Assembly: GCF_009914755.1 (NCBI RefSeq)
Contig: NC_060928.1
Length of the DNA: 64,000 bases
Source of the DNA: the human T2T-CHM13v2.0 reference genome, Homo sapiens
Reading direction: 5' to 3' (one strand)
In this document: positions 46,751 to 59,905 of the stretch, piece after piece
Numbering within the stretch: position 1 is the stretch's first letter
How the letters are laid out: every line of letters begins with the position of its first letter
Program-made: the position numbers and the translations under genes
The notes under the pieces: model-generated
Databases searched by the model: none
What the model was told of the DNA's origin: nothing
The model's input: only the letters and a program-made list of their open reading frames with translations

Positions 46751-48654
46751 AGCAACGTAGACCAGTTCTATTATTTCTCGCACTTTGCACTTCTTCAAGC
46801 ATCCAGAGTTAGCCATAAGGCTTTGAAGGCTTCTTTCCACTCAGTTAAATAAGCTGATTTTATACGGTTGGCTCAGGGCACAGTTTTGAAATCAGACAGA
46901 CAAGAGTTCAAGTTCTATATCTGCCATTGACTAGCCATAAAGCTTGGGCAGGAGACTTAATGTGTACAGATAATAATGGTAAGTGATCTATAAGTTAGTT
47001 GTGGGATAACACATAGGAAACACTGATAAATGACTGATGTGTTTGAATCATTTATCATTTTTGTAATATTAATATTTCACAGGATGTTATGAAGGTCAAA
47101 TGCTATAATCTGTAGGACACTCGTAGTCGTTATTTCCAGTTATCTTTCATCTCTCAATTATAATGGTCAACCTAAATGAAGACAAAACTACGAGTATTTC
47201 ATTCACAAGCTAAGTGTAACATCCCAAACCACTAGATACGCTGCACTTTCTATTTTTGGAAATGTATACTACGACTTACAATCAAGCATTAGTTCTGAAG
47301 TGACCTTTACAAGAATTTTTATCCTTAACATATGTTAATTATCTACGTAAACTATTATGAAAATGAACCAGAATTGAACATTTAAAATAAACTTTTTGTG
47401 GAGCAACCAACAATTCCTAAATATTCAATATGACAATTGTAGTGCAAAAACAAATGCTATTATATTGAGGAATGCATATTATTATTTTGAATATCTACTC
47501 AAGAACTTTATGATTTTCAATAGTAAGCATGGCACTTTGTGTCTCTTTCCTTGGAGCTTATGAGTCTCGCCAAAGCCCATTGACATGGGGCTAACCCAGG
47601 GGCCACTAAATCATGTCATTATGTAACTGTTAGCCTACAACTAGCGGTCACCTTTAAAAAAAAATGGCAAGTAGAATTTTATCACGGTATATTTTATCAA
47701 AATTTGTTTCCTTGTTTTAACATGAGTATTAATGAAAATAGTATTCCAGGTAACACCTGGACAATTCACATACAAATGTTCATTAGAAATAGCAAAGAAA
47801 GGAAAATACAGCACTTTACACTGAAATGAATAAAATGCCTCCTACTTTCTAGGCATTAAAGTGTAAATTGCACTTAATTATGAATACATTTTATAGCTTT
47901 ATATTTAACTTAAGTTACATATTAAGTTTTAACATTTTGAGAGATTTATCCAAATATCAACTATTCACTTCCTTTAGGCCTTATTTTTTGTTTTCACGTA
48001 CACAATAAAGCAAACTAAAAAACAAAACCATCAAACTCAAAATACATATAAAAGTGGTCCATCTATGGAGTTTATAGTCCAAAAGTTTCTGACTGATCAA
48101 AGGTAATCAGAAATTATTATTTCAGTGATAAGTTCCATTCCTCCCTAGAATCATTTACTGCCTTTTAACTCATTGCCAATGTCTGGATCACCAGTGACTA
48201 TGATGTCACTTTGTGAATTTTCAGGAACCTAACGTCATGCAATCTTAGGTAAAAATGGGGAGAATATTTGAAAACAAATCATAATTCAGACATTTTTATA
48301 GTGGTATTATCTCATTGATTCATTGTATTATTTACAATTAAGGACAAAAGGTAGGCAAAATAGACCTACCTGTCAATGGCCCCTCTTTTCTCAAGTTAGG
48401 ACATTTTGCTTTGGAAGTCCTTTACTTCACTATATCAGAATATAGTAATATTAACCATTAAGTATAAAATTGAACTTCATTTTAAATGAAACACACATAT
48501 GAATATGACAAAATTCATCAAATATATATGTTGTTTACAGAGTTGATTATGACAAGTGGAGAAGTAGGAAAAATAGCTGGAAATAATGCTTAAAAGTATG
48601 TAAGAATTTGTAAAAGAGAAACAAATTTGGACAATAAAAATAAACACTAACTAA

Positions 48655-49176
48655 TGCTAGGGACTGAATTATGTCCCCCTAAACTCAAATGATGAAGCCC
48701 CAGCCCCCAGTGTAGTGGTATTTAGAGTTAAGGTCTTTGGGAAATATACAGGATTAGATAAGATTGTGAGGGGGAAGCCCTAGCCCCCAATGTAATGGCA
48801 TTTGGAGAAAGGGTCTTTGGGAAATATAGAGGATTAGATGAGGTTGTGAGGGTGAAGCCCTAGCTCCCAGTGTAATGGCATTTGGAGAAAGGGTCTTTGG
48901 GAAATATACAGGATTACATGAGGTTGTGAGGGTGAAGCCCTCATAATGGTATTAGTGCCCTTATATGAGGGATGCCAGAGAGCTTGCTCCCCACCACCTG
49001 CCGCATGTGAGGAGAAGGCAGCATCTGCAAGCCAGGAAGGGAGACCTCACTAGACACTGACCATCCCGGCACCCTTACCTTGGACTTCCAGCCTCCAGAA
49101 CTGTGAGAATACATTTCTGTTGTTAAGCCACCCAGTCTATAATATTTTGTTACAGCAGCCTGAGCTGACTAAGATG
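48655..49176 (+). mobile_element. MLT1A-like solo LTR with TSD ACTAA and an internal 80-bp triplication
   Basis: TG start and ...GCTGACTAAGA end; ACTAA at 48650 and 49177; GAAGCCC at 48694, 48774, 48854 and 48934. Confidence 0.88.
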
Positions 49177-49323
49177 ACTAATATTTTTTGAGCACTTATT
49201 CTATTCCATTCACTGTGCCAGATGCCTGACATGCATTTTATCATTTGGTCTCCATGAAATCTCCTTGAGATAGTTACTTTTATTAATCCGTGTTATGGAT
49301 GATAAAAGCAGAGCCTTAAAAAA

Positions 49324-50055
49324 TGTCTTAGTCCATTTTGTGTTGCTACTACAGAATACCTGAGACTAGATAACTTATAAAGAACCGTGATTTTTTTTTC
49401 TCACAGTCCTGGAAGCTTGGAAGTCTCAGATCAAGGCGCCAGCAGGTTTAGACCCTGGTTCCAAGCTGGCACCTTGTTGCTGTGTCTTCTAGAGAGGAGG
49501 AACACTGTGATGTCACATGGCAGGAAATAGACGCAGGAAAGCCTACTCCAGCAAGCCCTTCTTATAGCAGCCTTCATCTATTCATGAGGCAAAGCCTCAT
49601 GACTGAAACACCTCCTACTGGACCCCACTTTCCAACACTGTATCATTGAAGGTTTATTTTCCAACACATGTTTTCATGCTGCTGATAAAGACATACCTGA
49701 GACTGGGTAATTTGTAAAGAGAAAGAGGTTTAATGGACTCACAGTTCCACATGGCTGAGGAGGCCTCACAATTATGGCAGAAGACGAAAGCCATGTCTTA
49801 CATGGCAGCAGGCAAGAGAGAATGATAACTGAGAGAAAGGGGTTTCCCCTCATAAAACCATCAGATCTTGTGAGACTTATTTACTACTAAGAGAACAGTA
49901 TGAGGGAAACTGCCCCCATGATTCAATTATCTCCCATCAGGTCCCTCCCACAACACATGGGAACTATGGGAGCTACAATTCAAGAGGAGATTTGGGTGGG
50001 GACACAGCCCAACAATATCAACATGAATTTTAGAGGAAACATTCAGATTATAGTA
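49324..50055 (-). mobile_element. MST/MLT1A-type LTR, inside a MIR, interrupted by a THE1 LTR
   Basis: TGTCTTAGTCCATTTTGTGTTGCT... up to TTTCCAACACATG, resuming ACATGAATTTTAGAGG after 50020. Confidence 0.8.
49671..50020 (-). mobile_element. THE1B/C solo LTR, TSD-like ACATG
   Basis: GCTGCTGATAAAGACATACCTGAGACTGGG...GAGATTTGGGTGGGGACACAGCC...TATCA; ACATG at 49666 and 50021. Confidence 0.9.
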
Positions 50056-50344
50056 AAAGGCAGATTAACGTTTCCTAATTTAGATAGCTAGTAAATACCT
50101 GCCCAGAATTCAAACACAGATCAGTCTAAAGCAAAATGCAGACACATAACTGCTACTATTTATGCCACTGATTTACAAAAATAAGTTGTAAAATAAATTT
50201 AGTTACTAATTACCAGCATTTTTTTTAAAAAGAAATCGACCAGGATATAATTGAAATTATACAAATATATTACAAAAAAAGAAAATGTCATTTTATTAAA
50301 CTTTTATTTCAGAAGACAGATAGTCAGATGAGTGGGTGAGTGGG

Positions 50345-50378
50345 TGGATGGATGGATGGGAGAATGGATGGATGGATG

Positions 50379-50417
<39 letters not shown>
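50345..50417. repeat. (GGAT)n(AGAT)n compound tetranucleotide STR
   Basis: Direct reading of the sequence. Confidence 0.95.
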
Positions 50418-51596
50418 GCAACCACACAGGTAGAGGCCATGTAAATGCATTTCTGCTGTAGAAATGCTATGTCCCAAAAATTAGTAGATGGAAAAATAAC
50501 GGGGGCTGGATCACCAACCAATGGGCATTAACCTATTAGATTGTTGTGAGAATTGAATTAAATAGTAGATAACACCCAGGATATAGTGAGTGTTCAGTAA
50601 AGATACAATTATTTTTGTCACAAAAATTTTAGCATCTTCACTCTACCATCCAAAAAAAGCTAAGGCTGCCTGCATGTTAGACTTTTACAAGCCTTGGGGG
50701 TATCTCAATATTATCTACTCTAGTAGTTTCTAAGATTTTACTCCACTGTATAAACCAGATATAAGCAGCCTAGATGAAGTGAGGCAAGAGTCTTGTCTCT
50801 GAGCTTAGCCTGCCCTTTATGATCATTCAACCAGCAGTCCCAAGTTCACTTAGGAAGTCGTTGCTGACTACCCCATCCACCGTTTGACTTACCACCCTGT
50901 TTGAGTCACTACTTGATAGTCTCTCCTTCTCTCTCTTTTTATTTTTTTTCAGTCTTTCCCCACTTCTATCAAGAGCAAATATTAGGTCTATGAAAGCAGG
51001 ATTTAATATCTCTTGCTCATCAGCTTGAAATATGCCGGAAACACAGGAGACAATCAAAATATTTGTTAATTACTTATAGACAAGGTCAAATCAGTGGAAT
51101 TTACTTTGATGCCCATCCAATCTTCCTTTACATCTTCTAGCCCTTGCTTGGGATCATTAGAACCGTCACCAAGAGATAACCAATATTATTGTGAGGTGCA
51201 TTCAATTTCTTCACTTAGAAACAGCCTTGCTCCCCTCCTCTTACCTTTGCAACCTGGTTTTAAAAAGCCCCTAACCCTTGAATGGGATATGCATTTGAGT
51301 GGAATGTGCTGGAATGTTCAAGGCTGGCAGGTGCAGGATAAAGAGGAGAAAAGATTATTCAGATAATCACCTTTAACCCTTAGGAGTCTGGCTTCAGTTG
51401 ACCAGGGCACAAGCTGCCACCCAGCTCAGAGCAATAACACCTCTTTGAAGAGAAATGTCACAAACCTTTTACACAGACAAGCGATGTTTAATGTTTCAGT
51501 TTCTTCCTCTTGTGAAAGGATGACCTCAATCTCCTTTGTCCCTCATTCTCAAATCCTTCGTTGGTAATGCGACAACCTCTCTCACTTCCGTTCCAG

Positions 51597-51754
51597 GTTG
51601 GCATCGTCACGCGAAGCTCTGCACTGAGGATCACTCCTTCCTGGGCTGTGTTTAGCCCGAGCTGAAATGTTTGCTATCATTTAGATGAGACCCTACGACT
51701 TTGTTCTATGGATCCCTGGAACATTGTGATTATCATAATGGGTGCAATTCTAAG
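51597..51754 (+). other. Candidate non-coding exon (158 nt)
   Basis: Acceptor CTCTCTCACTTCCGTTCCAG and donor AAG/GTAAGC in non-repeat sequence with several CpGs; stops in all three frames. Motif evidence only. Confidence 0.3.
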
Positions 51755-52019
51755 GTAAGCAAATAACTTCTCAGAAAGCATACTTCACGCCCCCAAGGAG
51801 CAGAAACCCTTCTAAGGAAACAGGAGCTCGTTAACTAACCTAAATGAGAACATATGCATAATGGCACCTGAAATTGCCCTTTCAGGTGGCAAAGTACAAA
51901 CCCTGAATTCCAGAAGAATCTATGCAACAATATACCAGCCTCCCTGTCAAATTCAAACCATATACAACATGAAATACATTGAGAACACAGTAACTGTGGC
52001 CCTTTATATAGATACCATA

Positions 52020-52489
52020 TGTCAAGAGCGTCCGTGTGAAGAGACCACCAAAACAGGCTTTGTGTGAATAACAAGCATGTTTATTCACTTGGGTGCAAAT
52101 GGGCTGAGTCCAAACAGAGAGTCAGCGACGGGAGATGGGGAAGGGGTTGCTTTATAGGAGTTGGGTAGGTAATGGAAAATTACAGTAAAAGGTGGTTATC
52201 TATTGTTAGCAGAGGAGGGGGTTACAAGGTACATAGTGGGGAGATCATAAGACTCATTGTCCAGAAGAGGAATGTCACAAAGTCGATTGATCAGCTAAGG
52301 TAGGGCAGGGACAAGTCAAAATGGTAAAATGTTGTAATTTTGGTTAATCAGGTAAGGCAGGAACTGGCTGTTTTACTTCTTTGGGGTTTTTTCGCTGCTC
52401 CAGACTTCTTGGCTCCTGCAGGCCACCTGGATGTGTATGTGCAGGTCACAGGGGTTATAATGGCTGAGCTTTGGCTCAGAGGCCTGACA
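52020..52489 (-). mobile_element. HERV-H solo LTR (LTR7 family, LTR7C-like), 470 bp, with perfect 5-bp TSD CCATA
   Basis: Minus strand starts TGTCAGGCCTCTGAGCC and ends GGTGGTCTCTTCACACGGACGCTCTTGACA. CCATA at 52015-52019 and 52490-52494. Minus-strand TATAAA at 52151-52156 and AATAAA at 52080-52085. Confidence 0.93.
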
Positions 52490-52513
52490 CCATAGGTATA
52501 CGACACAACACAA

Positions 52514-54086
52514 TTTTTTTTTTTTAGAGTGAGATTATAGTGATATTTATTTTTATTATTATACTTTAAGTTTTAGGGTACATGTGCACAATGTGCAGGT
52601 TTGTTACATATGTATACATGTGCCATGTTTGTGTGCTGCACCCATTAACTCGTCATTTAACATTAGGTGTATCTCCTAATGCTATCCTTCCCCCCCACCC
52701 CCACCCAACAACAGGCCGCTGTGTGTGATGTTCCCCTTCCTGTGTCCATGTGTTGTCATTGTTCAATTCCCACCTATGAGTGAGAACATGTGGTGTTTGG
52801 TTTTTTGTCCTCGCGATAGTTTGCTGAGAATGATGGTTTCCAGCTTCATCCATGTCCCTGCAAAGGACATGAACTCATCCTTTTTTATGGCTGCATAGTA
52901 TTCCATGGTGTATATGTGCCACATTTTCTTAATCCAGTCTATCATTGTTGGACATTTGGGTTGGTTCAAAGTCTTTGCTGTTGTGAATAGTGCCACAATA
53001 AACATATGTGTGCATGTGTCTTTATAGCAGCATGTTTTATAATCCTTTGGGTATATACCCAGTAAAGGGGTGGCTGGGTCAAATGGTATTTCTAGTTCTA
53101 GATCCCTGAGGAATCACCATACGGACTTCCACAATGGTTGAACTAGTTCACCGTCCCACCAACAGTGTAAAAGTGTTCCTCTTTCTCCACATCCTCTCCA
53201 GCACCTGTTGTTTCCTGACTTTTTAATGATCACCATTCTAACTGGTGTGAGATGGTATCTCATTGTGGTTTTGATTTGCATTTCTCTGATGGCCAGTGAT
53301 GGTGAGCATTTTTTCATGTGTCTTTTGGCTGCATAAATGTCTTCTTTTGAGAAGTGTCTGTTCATATCCTTTGCCCACTTTTTGATGGGGTTGTTTTATT
53401 CTTGTAAATTTGTTTGAGTTCATTGTAGATTCTGGATATTAGCCCTTTGTCAGATGAGTAGATTGCAAAAATTTTCTCCCATTTTGTAGGTTGCCTGTTC
53501 ACTTTGATGGTAGTTTCTTTTGCTGTGCAGAAGGTGTTTAGTTTATTTAGATCCCATTTGTCAATTTTGGCTTTTGTTACCATTGCTTTTGGTGTTTTAG
53601 ACATGAAGTCCTTGCCCATGACTATGTCCTGAATGGTACTGCCTAGGTTTTCTTCTAGGGTTTTTATGGTTTTAGGTCTCAAGCTACCAATGACTTTCTT
53701 CACAGAATTGGAAAAAACTAGTTTAAAGTTCATATGGAACCAAAAAAGAGCCTGCATTTCCAAGTCCATCCTCAGCCAAAAGAACAAAACTGGAGGCATC
53801 ATGCTACCTGACTTCAAACTATACTACAAGGCTACAGTAACCAAAACAGCATGGTACTGCTACCAAAACAGATATAGACCAATGGAAAAGAACAGAACCC
53901 TCAGAAATAATGCCACATATCTACAACTATCTGATCTTTCACAAACCTGAGAAAAACAAGAAATGGGGAAAGGATTCCCTATTTCATAAATGGTGCTGGG
54001 AAAACTGGCTAGCCCTATGTAGAAAGCTGAAACTGGATCCCTTTCTTACACCTTATACAAAAATTAATTCAAGATGGATTAAAGAC
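52514..54086 (-). mobile_element. L1PA (about L1PA4-5), 5'-truncated, twin-priming inversion (minus part to 53679, plus part 53679-54086), with a short 3' transduction
   Basis: Antisense 3' UTR from about 52546; strand switch TTTTAGGTC-T-CAAGCTACC; TSD ACAACACAA(A)TTTTT at 52505 and 54085. Confidence 0.95.
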
Positions 54087-57000
54087 AACACAAATTTTTG
54101 AATTCTGTTTAGATTTTCAAAAGCTGGGGCAAATTTCATTCTAGGAGTCAGCTTTGATGAAGTTTCTTGATTCTCATCTTTATTTAATTCCCCTCCAATT
54201 TTTAACAGGTAACAGTCTAGACTGGAGATACTAGGTTTTAAAGTAAATAGTCAACAGAAGAAGTAAAAGCATCATTTACTGCCTCATAGAATTCTAGTTG
54301 GAAAGGGCTTGGGGGAGAAGCTGGTCTATAGGCTCAGCATCTGGGAGGAGGAAAGGGACCCCTGGAGAAGATGAATATGCCACCAGGCGACACAGCTCTT
54401 CAGAGGCCATGCTCAGACTCAAGCACTGTCTTTTCATTCAAACTGGAGCTGTGCTACTCTTTTCCAGTTTGGTACTTGACACATCCAAATAAAATTTACA
54501 ACCTCTACCTGGGATAAGAACTCTGCCAGCCTCAGATCTACCTCTTATGGACGGAAAAAAAGAAAGTAAAATTATGCCGAGAGATTTTGTTCTTGGAACC
54601 TCTCAAATTCTCTCTCCCAGCAAATCAAAGCTCATACCCTGAGAAGAACGGATCATTGTCCCTGAAGTTGATTAGAAATCTATTGATAATATTTCATCAC
54701 CTATAGTGCGCCATGGACGTTTTCAGATTCTGGCTCACAGATGTGAAGTAGTTGCATTGTTGTGGATAACGATTCATTTGCTTTAACTCCACCTTTGCCC
54801 TTTTTCATTTGTCGGGATTGATTTCCTTTCTCCATATAATTTCACTTGTCACTATTCATGACTTGAGAATTGACCCTCTCCTTTCTGCACCTTCCTTCAC
54901 AAGCCAACCTCTATTCTCAAAAACAATTGAAATTGAACATTAATAAAATATTATTGAAGATGGCTTTTATGAAAATGCTTGCTTTGGATTATTTTCTTAC
55001 TAATATAAAGTGCTGTTCTTCAGATATACCCTATAAACGAATACCAAATAGCCACCAGTGCTTAAATAATAAAACAAAGAAATCATCAGGTGTCCATGCC
55101 TAGCTCTTCTCATCTCACACATACCCCAGTAGAAAATTCTATTTTTAACTCCCTTTTTTCTTGCAGAAAGATGAAATAAAAAATCAGGGGATCTCTGCCT
55201 CTCAGTTTGTAAAGTGATGCCCAAGTTTCAAAAGAGAGAAAGAAATTTAAATCAAACCTTCCACAGGAGCTGCAAGGAAATAGACCTTCTGAACTGCTGG
55301 TGAGCTGGAGAGACTCAGCCCTCTCCTCTTAGATAAGGATGGTATCTCCTTGGAGTTGAGTTTGGTCAAGGTAACTGGCAGAGCTCAATGCTTATAAAAA
55401 TTTCCTTAGTACAAGTACTGCTAGTGAATATTGTTCCAAGCTGATAATGTAAGAACCTGTGACCATCAGGGCACATCCAGAGCAAGAGCAGAGGTTTCTG
55501 GGTCCTGCAAGCCCCTACTGTGTGCAAATCGTGACACTAGCTGTGCTCCTCTGTCTATCATGGCCCTTGGGGACAAGGAAAGCTACAGTCAGAGTCACTG
55601 CTTTAGCTGTGATAATTCCCTTCTCTTTCTGACTCTATTTCCTTTATCAGGTTACTTTCTCTGGCATATGAGTTCTGAGGTTTTTCTGAAGTAGAAATTC
55701 CAGTGACTGTCAAACATTGCCTTCAGGTGCTGAAATACTTAAACAAATTCATTTCTCTTGTTTTGTATGAACATGTGGTGCAACAGAGCAATAGTTACAT
55801 GGACAGTGCTACAGAGATCTTAATATCTATATGCATTGTAAAATTTACTTTTCAAACTTTAAGTGAGTTAAAGTTAAGTTGCTTTTAGGAAACTAACCTA
55901 TCAGGAAGAGAAAACACTGGCTTGCCAGATCTAAACATCAGATTGAGCACACGTTTGCTGCAATTTGAGTATGTTCTTTAAGCATCTCGTGCCTCCATTT
56001 CTTCATTGACAAGGCATCAACTCTCTACGAGAATTAGAGAGAATGAATATGACACATGAGAAAGGTGTTAGACACTGAAGGGAAAGCTGGTGTTCTTTCC
56101 AAGAACATGTTTTGAGAATCTGTAGAGAGAAGAGTCAGTGCACAGCTTAGGCTACATAGATCAACGTTGGGTATTGGACCTTTCTGGAATCAGAGAAGAA
56201 CGGAAGAGCTGGAGCTGGAACCAGAATTAAGGGGCATAGAGGCAGGTTTGGATATCCAAACACTAAAGAATGTCAGACTTTAACAACACATGGCAATTTC
56301 CTACCTAGAAAAAAATCTCAAGGAAAAGCATCTAACTCTTCTCCTAGCAGAGTAATTTCCCAAGGAAATGACCAGGTGGATAGAAACACTGGGCAAAATG
56401 AGCATCTGTGCTGGGAAACAAGAAACAATGCCAGCAACATACTAGGAATTACCCCGCCCTTCGCCCCCAAATTTGCTGGATGTCATGTAAACATTGAAAA
56501 CAAAATTGTTAGAAAGGGTCCTCCTCCTGCCCTCATGAGAAAGCAAACCCTTTGGGGCACCACACACTGACCCTCCTTGACATCCCAAAAGCATACCCAG
56601 TAGCCCAGCATGAAGGGCTGGGAGGGGCTGGACGTGCTGCTGCGCTGGTGCAGGTGGGAAGCACAGTGCACACCAATCTTAGGCAGATGGAGCCCATGGA
56701 GTCGGACCGTTCCAGCCATGCCACAGTGGGGAGGTAGAGTATGAGGTTTCTCTGTGACACGGACAAGACAGCACTGGCGCAGCCACACATTGTGCCTGCC
56801 TTAGAGAATCCACCTTTGGATTCATTAGCATGGGGGTTTTTGAAGACTTTCGTAAGAATGCTTTTATTAAAAATAACACCAATATTCTTTTAAATGTAAC
56901 AAAATAATTTTGAGATAATCTGGAAAAATTGAATCATAGCTTGTGTTGGTCAGGGCATGGAACGTTGGAACTCTTGCTGATCCATAGGAGAAGAACTTTC

Positions 57001-57462
57001 GTGGAAATTCATTTGACCTAAATACCATCCATAGTCTCTGAACTGGTAAATTGAAATTTAGAAATTTCTCAAAGGAAAGAAAAATATCAGTTCATAAGTA
57101 TTTACATTCAAGAGACATGTTCACTTTAGTCTGACTTAAATGAGTAAAAAATCAATGAAATATTATCTGTTTTCCTCTCCACCTGTTTGTACTACGTGTA
57201 CTATTTTACCCTTCTGAAATGCCTCTGTATCTTCTCTTCCTTATCTCACTTGGGTTTCTTTTAGACTCAGCTTGTGACTTACCTCTTCAAGGAAGCCTTT
57301 TCTGATATCCCAGGCTAGATAAGATGTTCCTCCTCTGTACTCCCACAGATCCCCACGTACTTTTTTTTTTTTTTATCATGGAGCTTATCACATTGCATTA
57401 AATCTGTTTGGGTGACTCTCTTCTATATCAAACCAGCTAACCTCAAGGTCCCAACGCACTCA

Positions 57463-57850
57463 AAAATTGTTTTTAATTGAGCTGAGCTGTTTAACTGAAC
57501 AGGGATTATAGAAGAGACAGTGCGGCAGAGGCCAACTGAGTTTGTGGTGGTAGAACATCCAGGTAGAGTCTTTCAAAAGAACTGTTTGGAAAATTGTTTT
57601 TAATTGAACTGAACTGTTTAACTGAACAGGGATTATAAAAGAGACAGTGTGGCAGAGGTCAACTGAATTTGTGGTGGTAGAATATCCTGGTAGAGTCTTT
57701 CAAAAGAACTGTTTGGAAAATTGTTTTTAATTGAACTGAACTGTTTAACTGAACAGGGATTATAAAAGAGACAGTGTGGCAGAGGTCAACTGAATTTGTG
57801 GTGGTAGAATATCCAGGTAGAGTCTTCCAGAAGAACTGTTTGGAAAATTG
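57463..57850. repeat. 127-bp tandem repeat x3
   Basis: AAAATTG at 57463, 57590, 57717 and 57844, with near-identical units between. Confidence 0.95.
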
Positions 57851-58104
57851 GCAAGTGGGAATTCACACTTTGGGATCAGGAGAGAGGCCAGGACAAGAGA
57901 GATTATACGTGAATTCTATTTATTTAGAAGTAACACTTTAAAATCTAAATGACAATATCAAGGGAAAGAACACAGAAAATGGAAAAAGAAGGGAGAATAA
58001 AGAAGCTTCAGACACAGAAAGTGCAATGTCACCAACACCAAATCACAGGACATTTCAAAGAGGGGTGATCCATGTAAGAGCTTTTGTAGCTGTTGTCTAT
58101 GTCT

Positions 58105-59865
58105 GAGCATGGGTTATCAACCTGAAGCAGTGTCATCCCCAGTAAAACATTTGGCGATGTCTGAAGATATTTTTTGTTTGTCATGATTTGGGGAGTGAGG
58201 ATGGTGGTTGGGAGAAAACTCCTCTGGGATCCAGTGGGCAGAAGCCAGGGATACTGCCTGTATTTGTCTTCTGGGCTACAGTAACACCATACCACAGACA
58301 GGGGGCTTATACAAAAGAAATTTATCTTCTCACAGTTCTGGAGGCTGTAAGTCCAAAGGCCATGCAAAGATGGGGTATGCTTTCTCCTGAGGCCTCTTTT
58401 GTTAGCTTACAGATGGCAGCCTTCCCTCTATGTCTTCACATGGCCTTTTCTCTGTGCATGCATGCCCCGGTGTCTTTCTTGTGTATCCCAATCTCCTCTT
58501 TTTACATGGACACCAGTCAGAATGGATTAGAGCCCACCCTCATTTTATCTGAATTACTTCTTTAAAGGCTCCATCCTAAAAGGCTTTGTCTGCAAAATCT
58601 CTATCTGAAGTACTGGGGATTAGGTTTTAAAATATGAATTTGAAGGGAACCGGTTCAGTCTTTACTCTCTGGACCTCCAAAATCAATCTGTGTCCCTCTC
58701 ACTAGCAAAATATATTCAGCACCCCATCTCAACAGCCTCAAAGTCTTAACTCATTCCAGCACCAACTCTAAGTCCTAAATCTCATTTAAATCTCCTCTAA
58801 ATCAAATGCAGGTGAGACTCGAGGTATGATTGATCCTAGGGAAAAAGTTGCAACAGCTGTGAAACCAGACAAGTGAGTTATATACTCTCCTTGTGAGACA
58901 GGCATAAGTTGGGCATTCCATTCCAAAAGAAGAACTCAGAGACAAGAAAGAGGTCAGGGATCCCTACAAAGTTCAAAACCTAGGGGAGCAAAATCCATTA
59001 GATTGAAAGCCTAAGAATTATCCTCTTTGGCTTGATGATCTGTTCTCCACAATCACTAGGGCAGAAGACACATCCCCAGACTCTGAGACCAGCATCACTC
59101 CCACAGACCTGGGCAGTAGCTTGGCCCCTGAGGCCCTGGGGGCAGCCTGCTCTGCTAAAGCCAAAAAGGAGGCAGTCTTGGCACCCACATCTCAGTGCCA
59201 AATTCTATTATTTTTCAGGGTTCTCCAGTGAAAAGAAATTAATCCAGCTTCATGACCTAATCACCCCTTAAAGGCGCCACCTCTCAAAAGTGCCACACTG
59301 GGGACAAAGCCTCAACATGAACTTTGATGGGGACAAATCATATTATTGTCCTTTGACCAAGACTGGGTGAGTTCTCATGGGAGTGGGCTGGTTCCCGTGA
59401 CAGTGGGTTGCTATAATGTGAGGTTACCTCTCCTGGTTAGCCTTTTACAGATGCCTGCTTCCCCTTTCTCTTCTCTGTCATGTGTTGATGCAGAGGAGGC
59501 CCTCACCAGAAGCCACCAAATGCAGTTGTCAAATCTTGAACTTCCCAACCTGCAGAACCCTGAGATAAATGAACCCCTTTCCTTTTTAAATTACCCAGTC
59601 TCAGGTGTTCTGTTATAGCAACACAAAGTGGACCAAGACTCTTGGCAAGTCCAAAGTCTGATGGAGTGGGCAGGGAGGCTGGAAACTCAGGAAACAGTTG
59701 CAGTCCAAGTCCAATGGAAACCTTCCGGAATAATTTATTCCTGCTTGGGGATGGCCAGTCTTTGTCTTGTGAAGGCCTTCAACTGATTGGATGATGTTCA
59801 CCCACATTATCGAGGGTACCCACTTTACTCAAAGTCCACTGATTTAGATAATAATCTCATCAACA

Positions 59866-59905
<40 letters not shown>

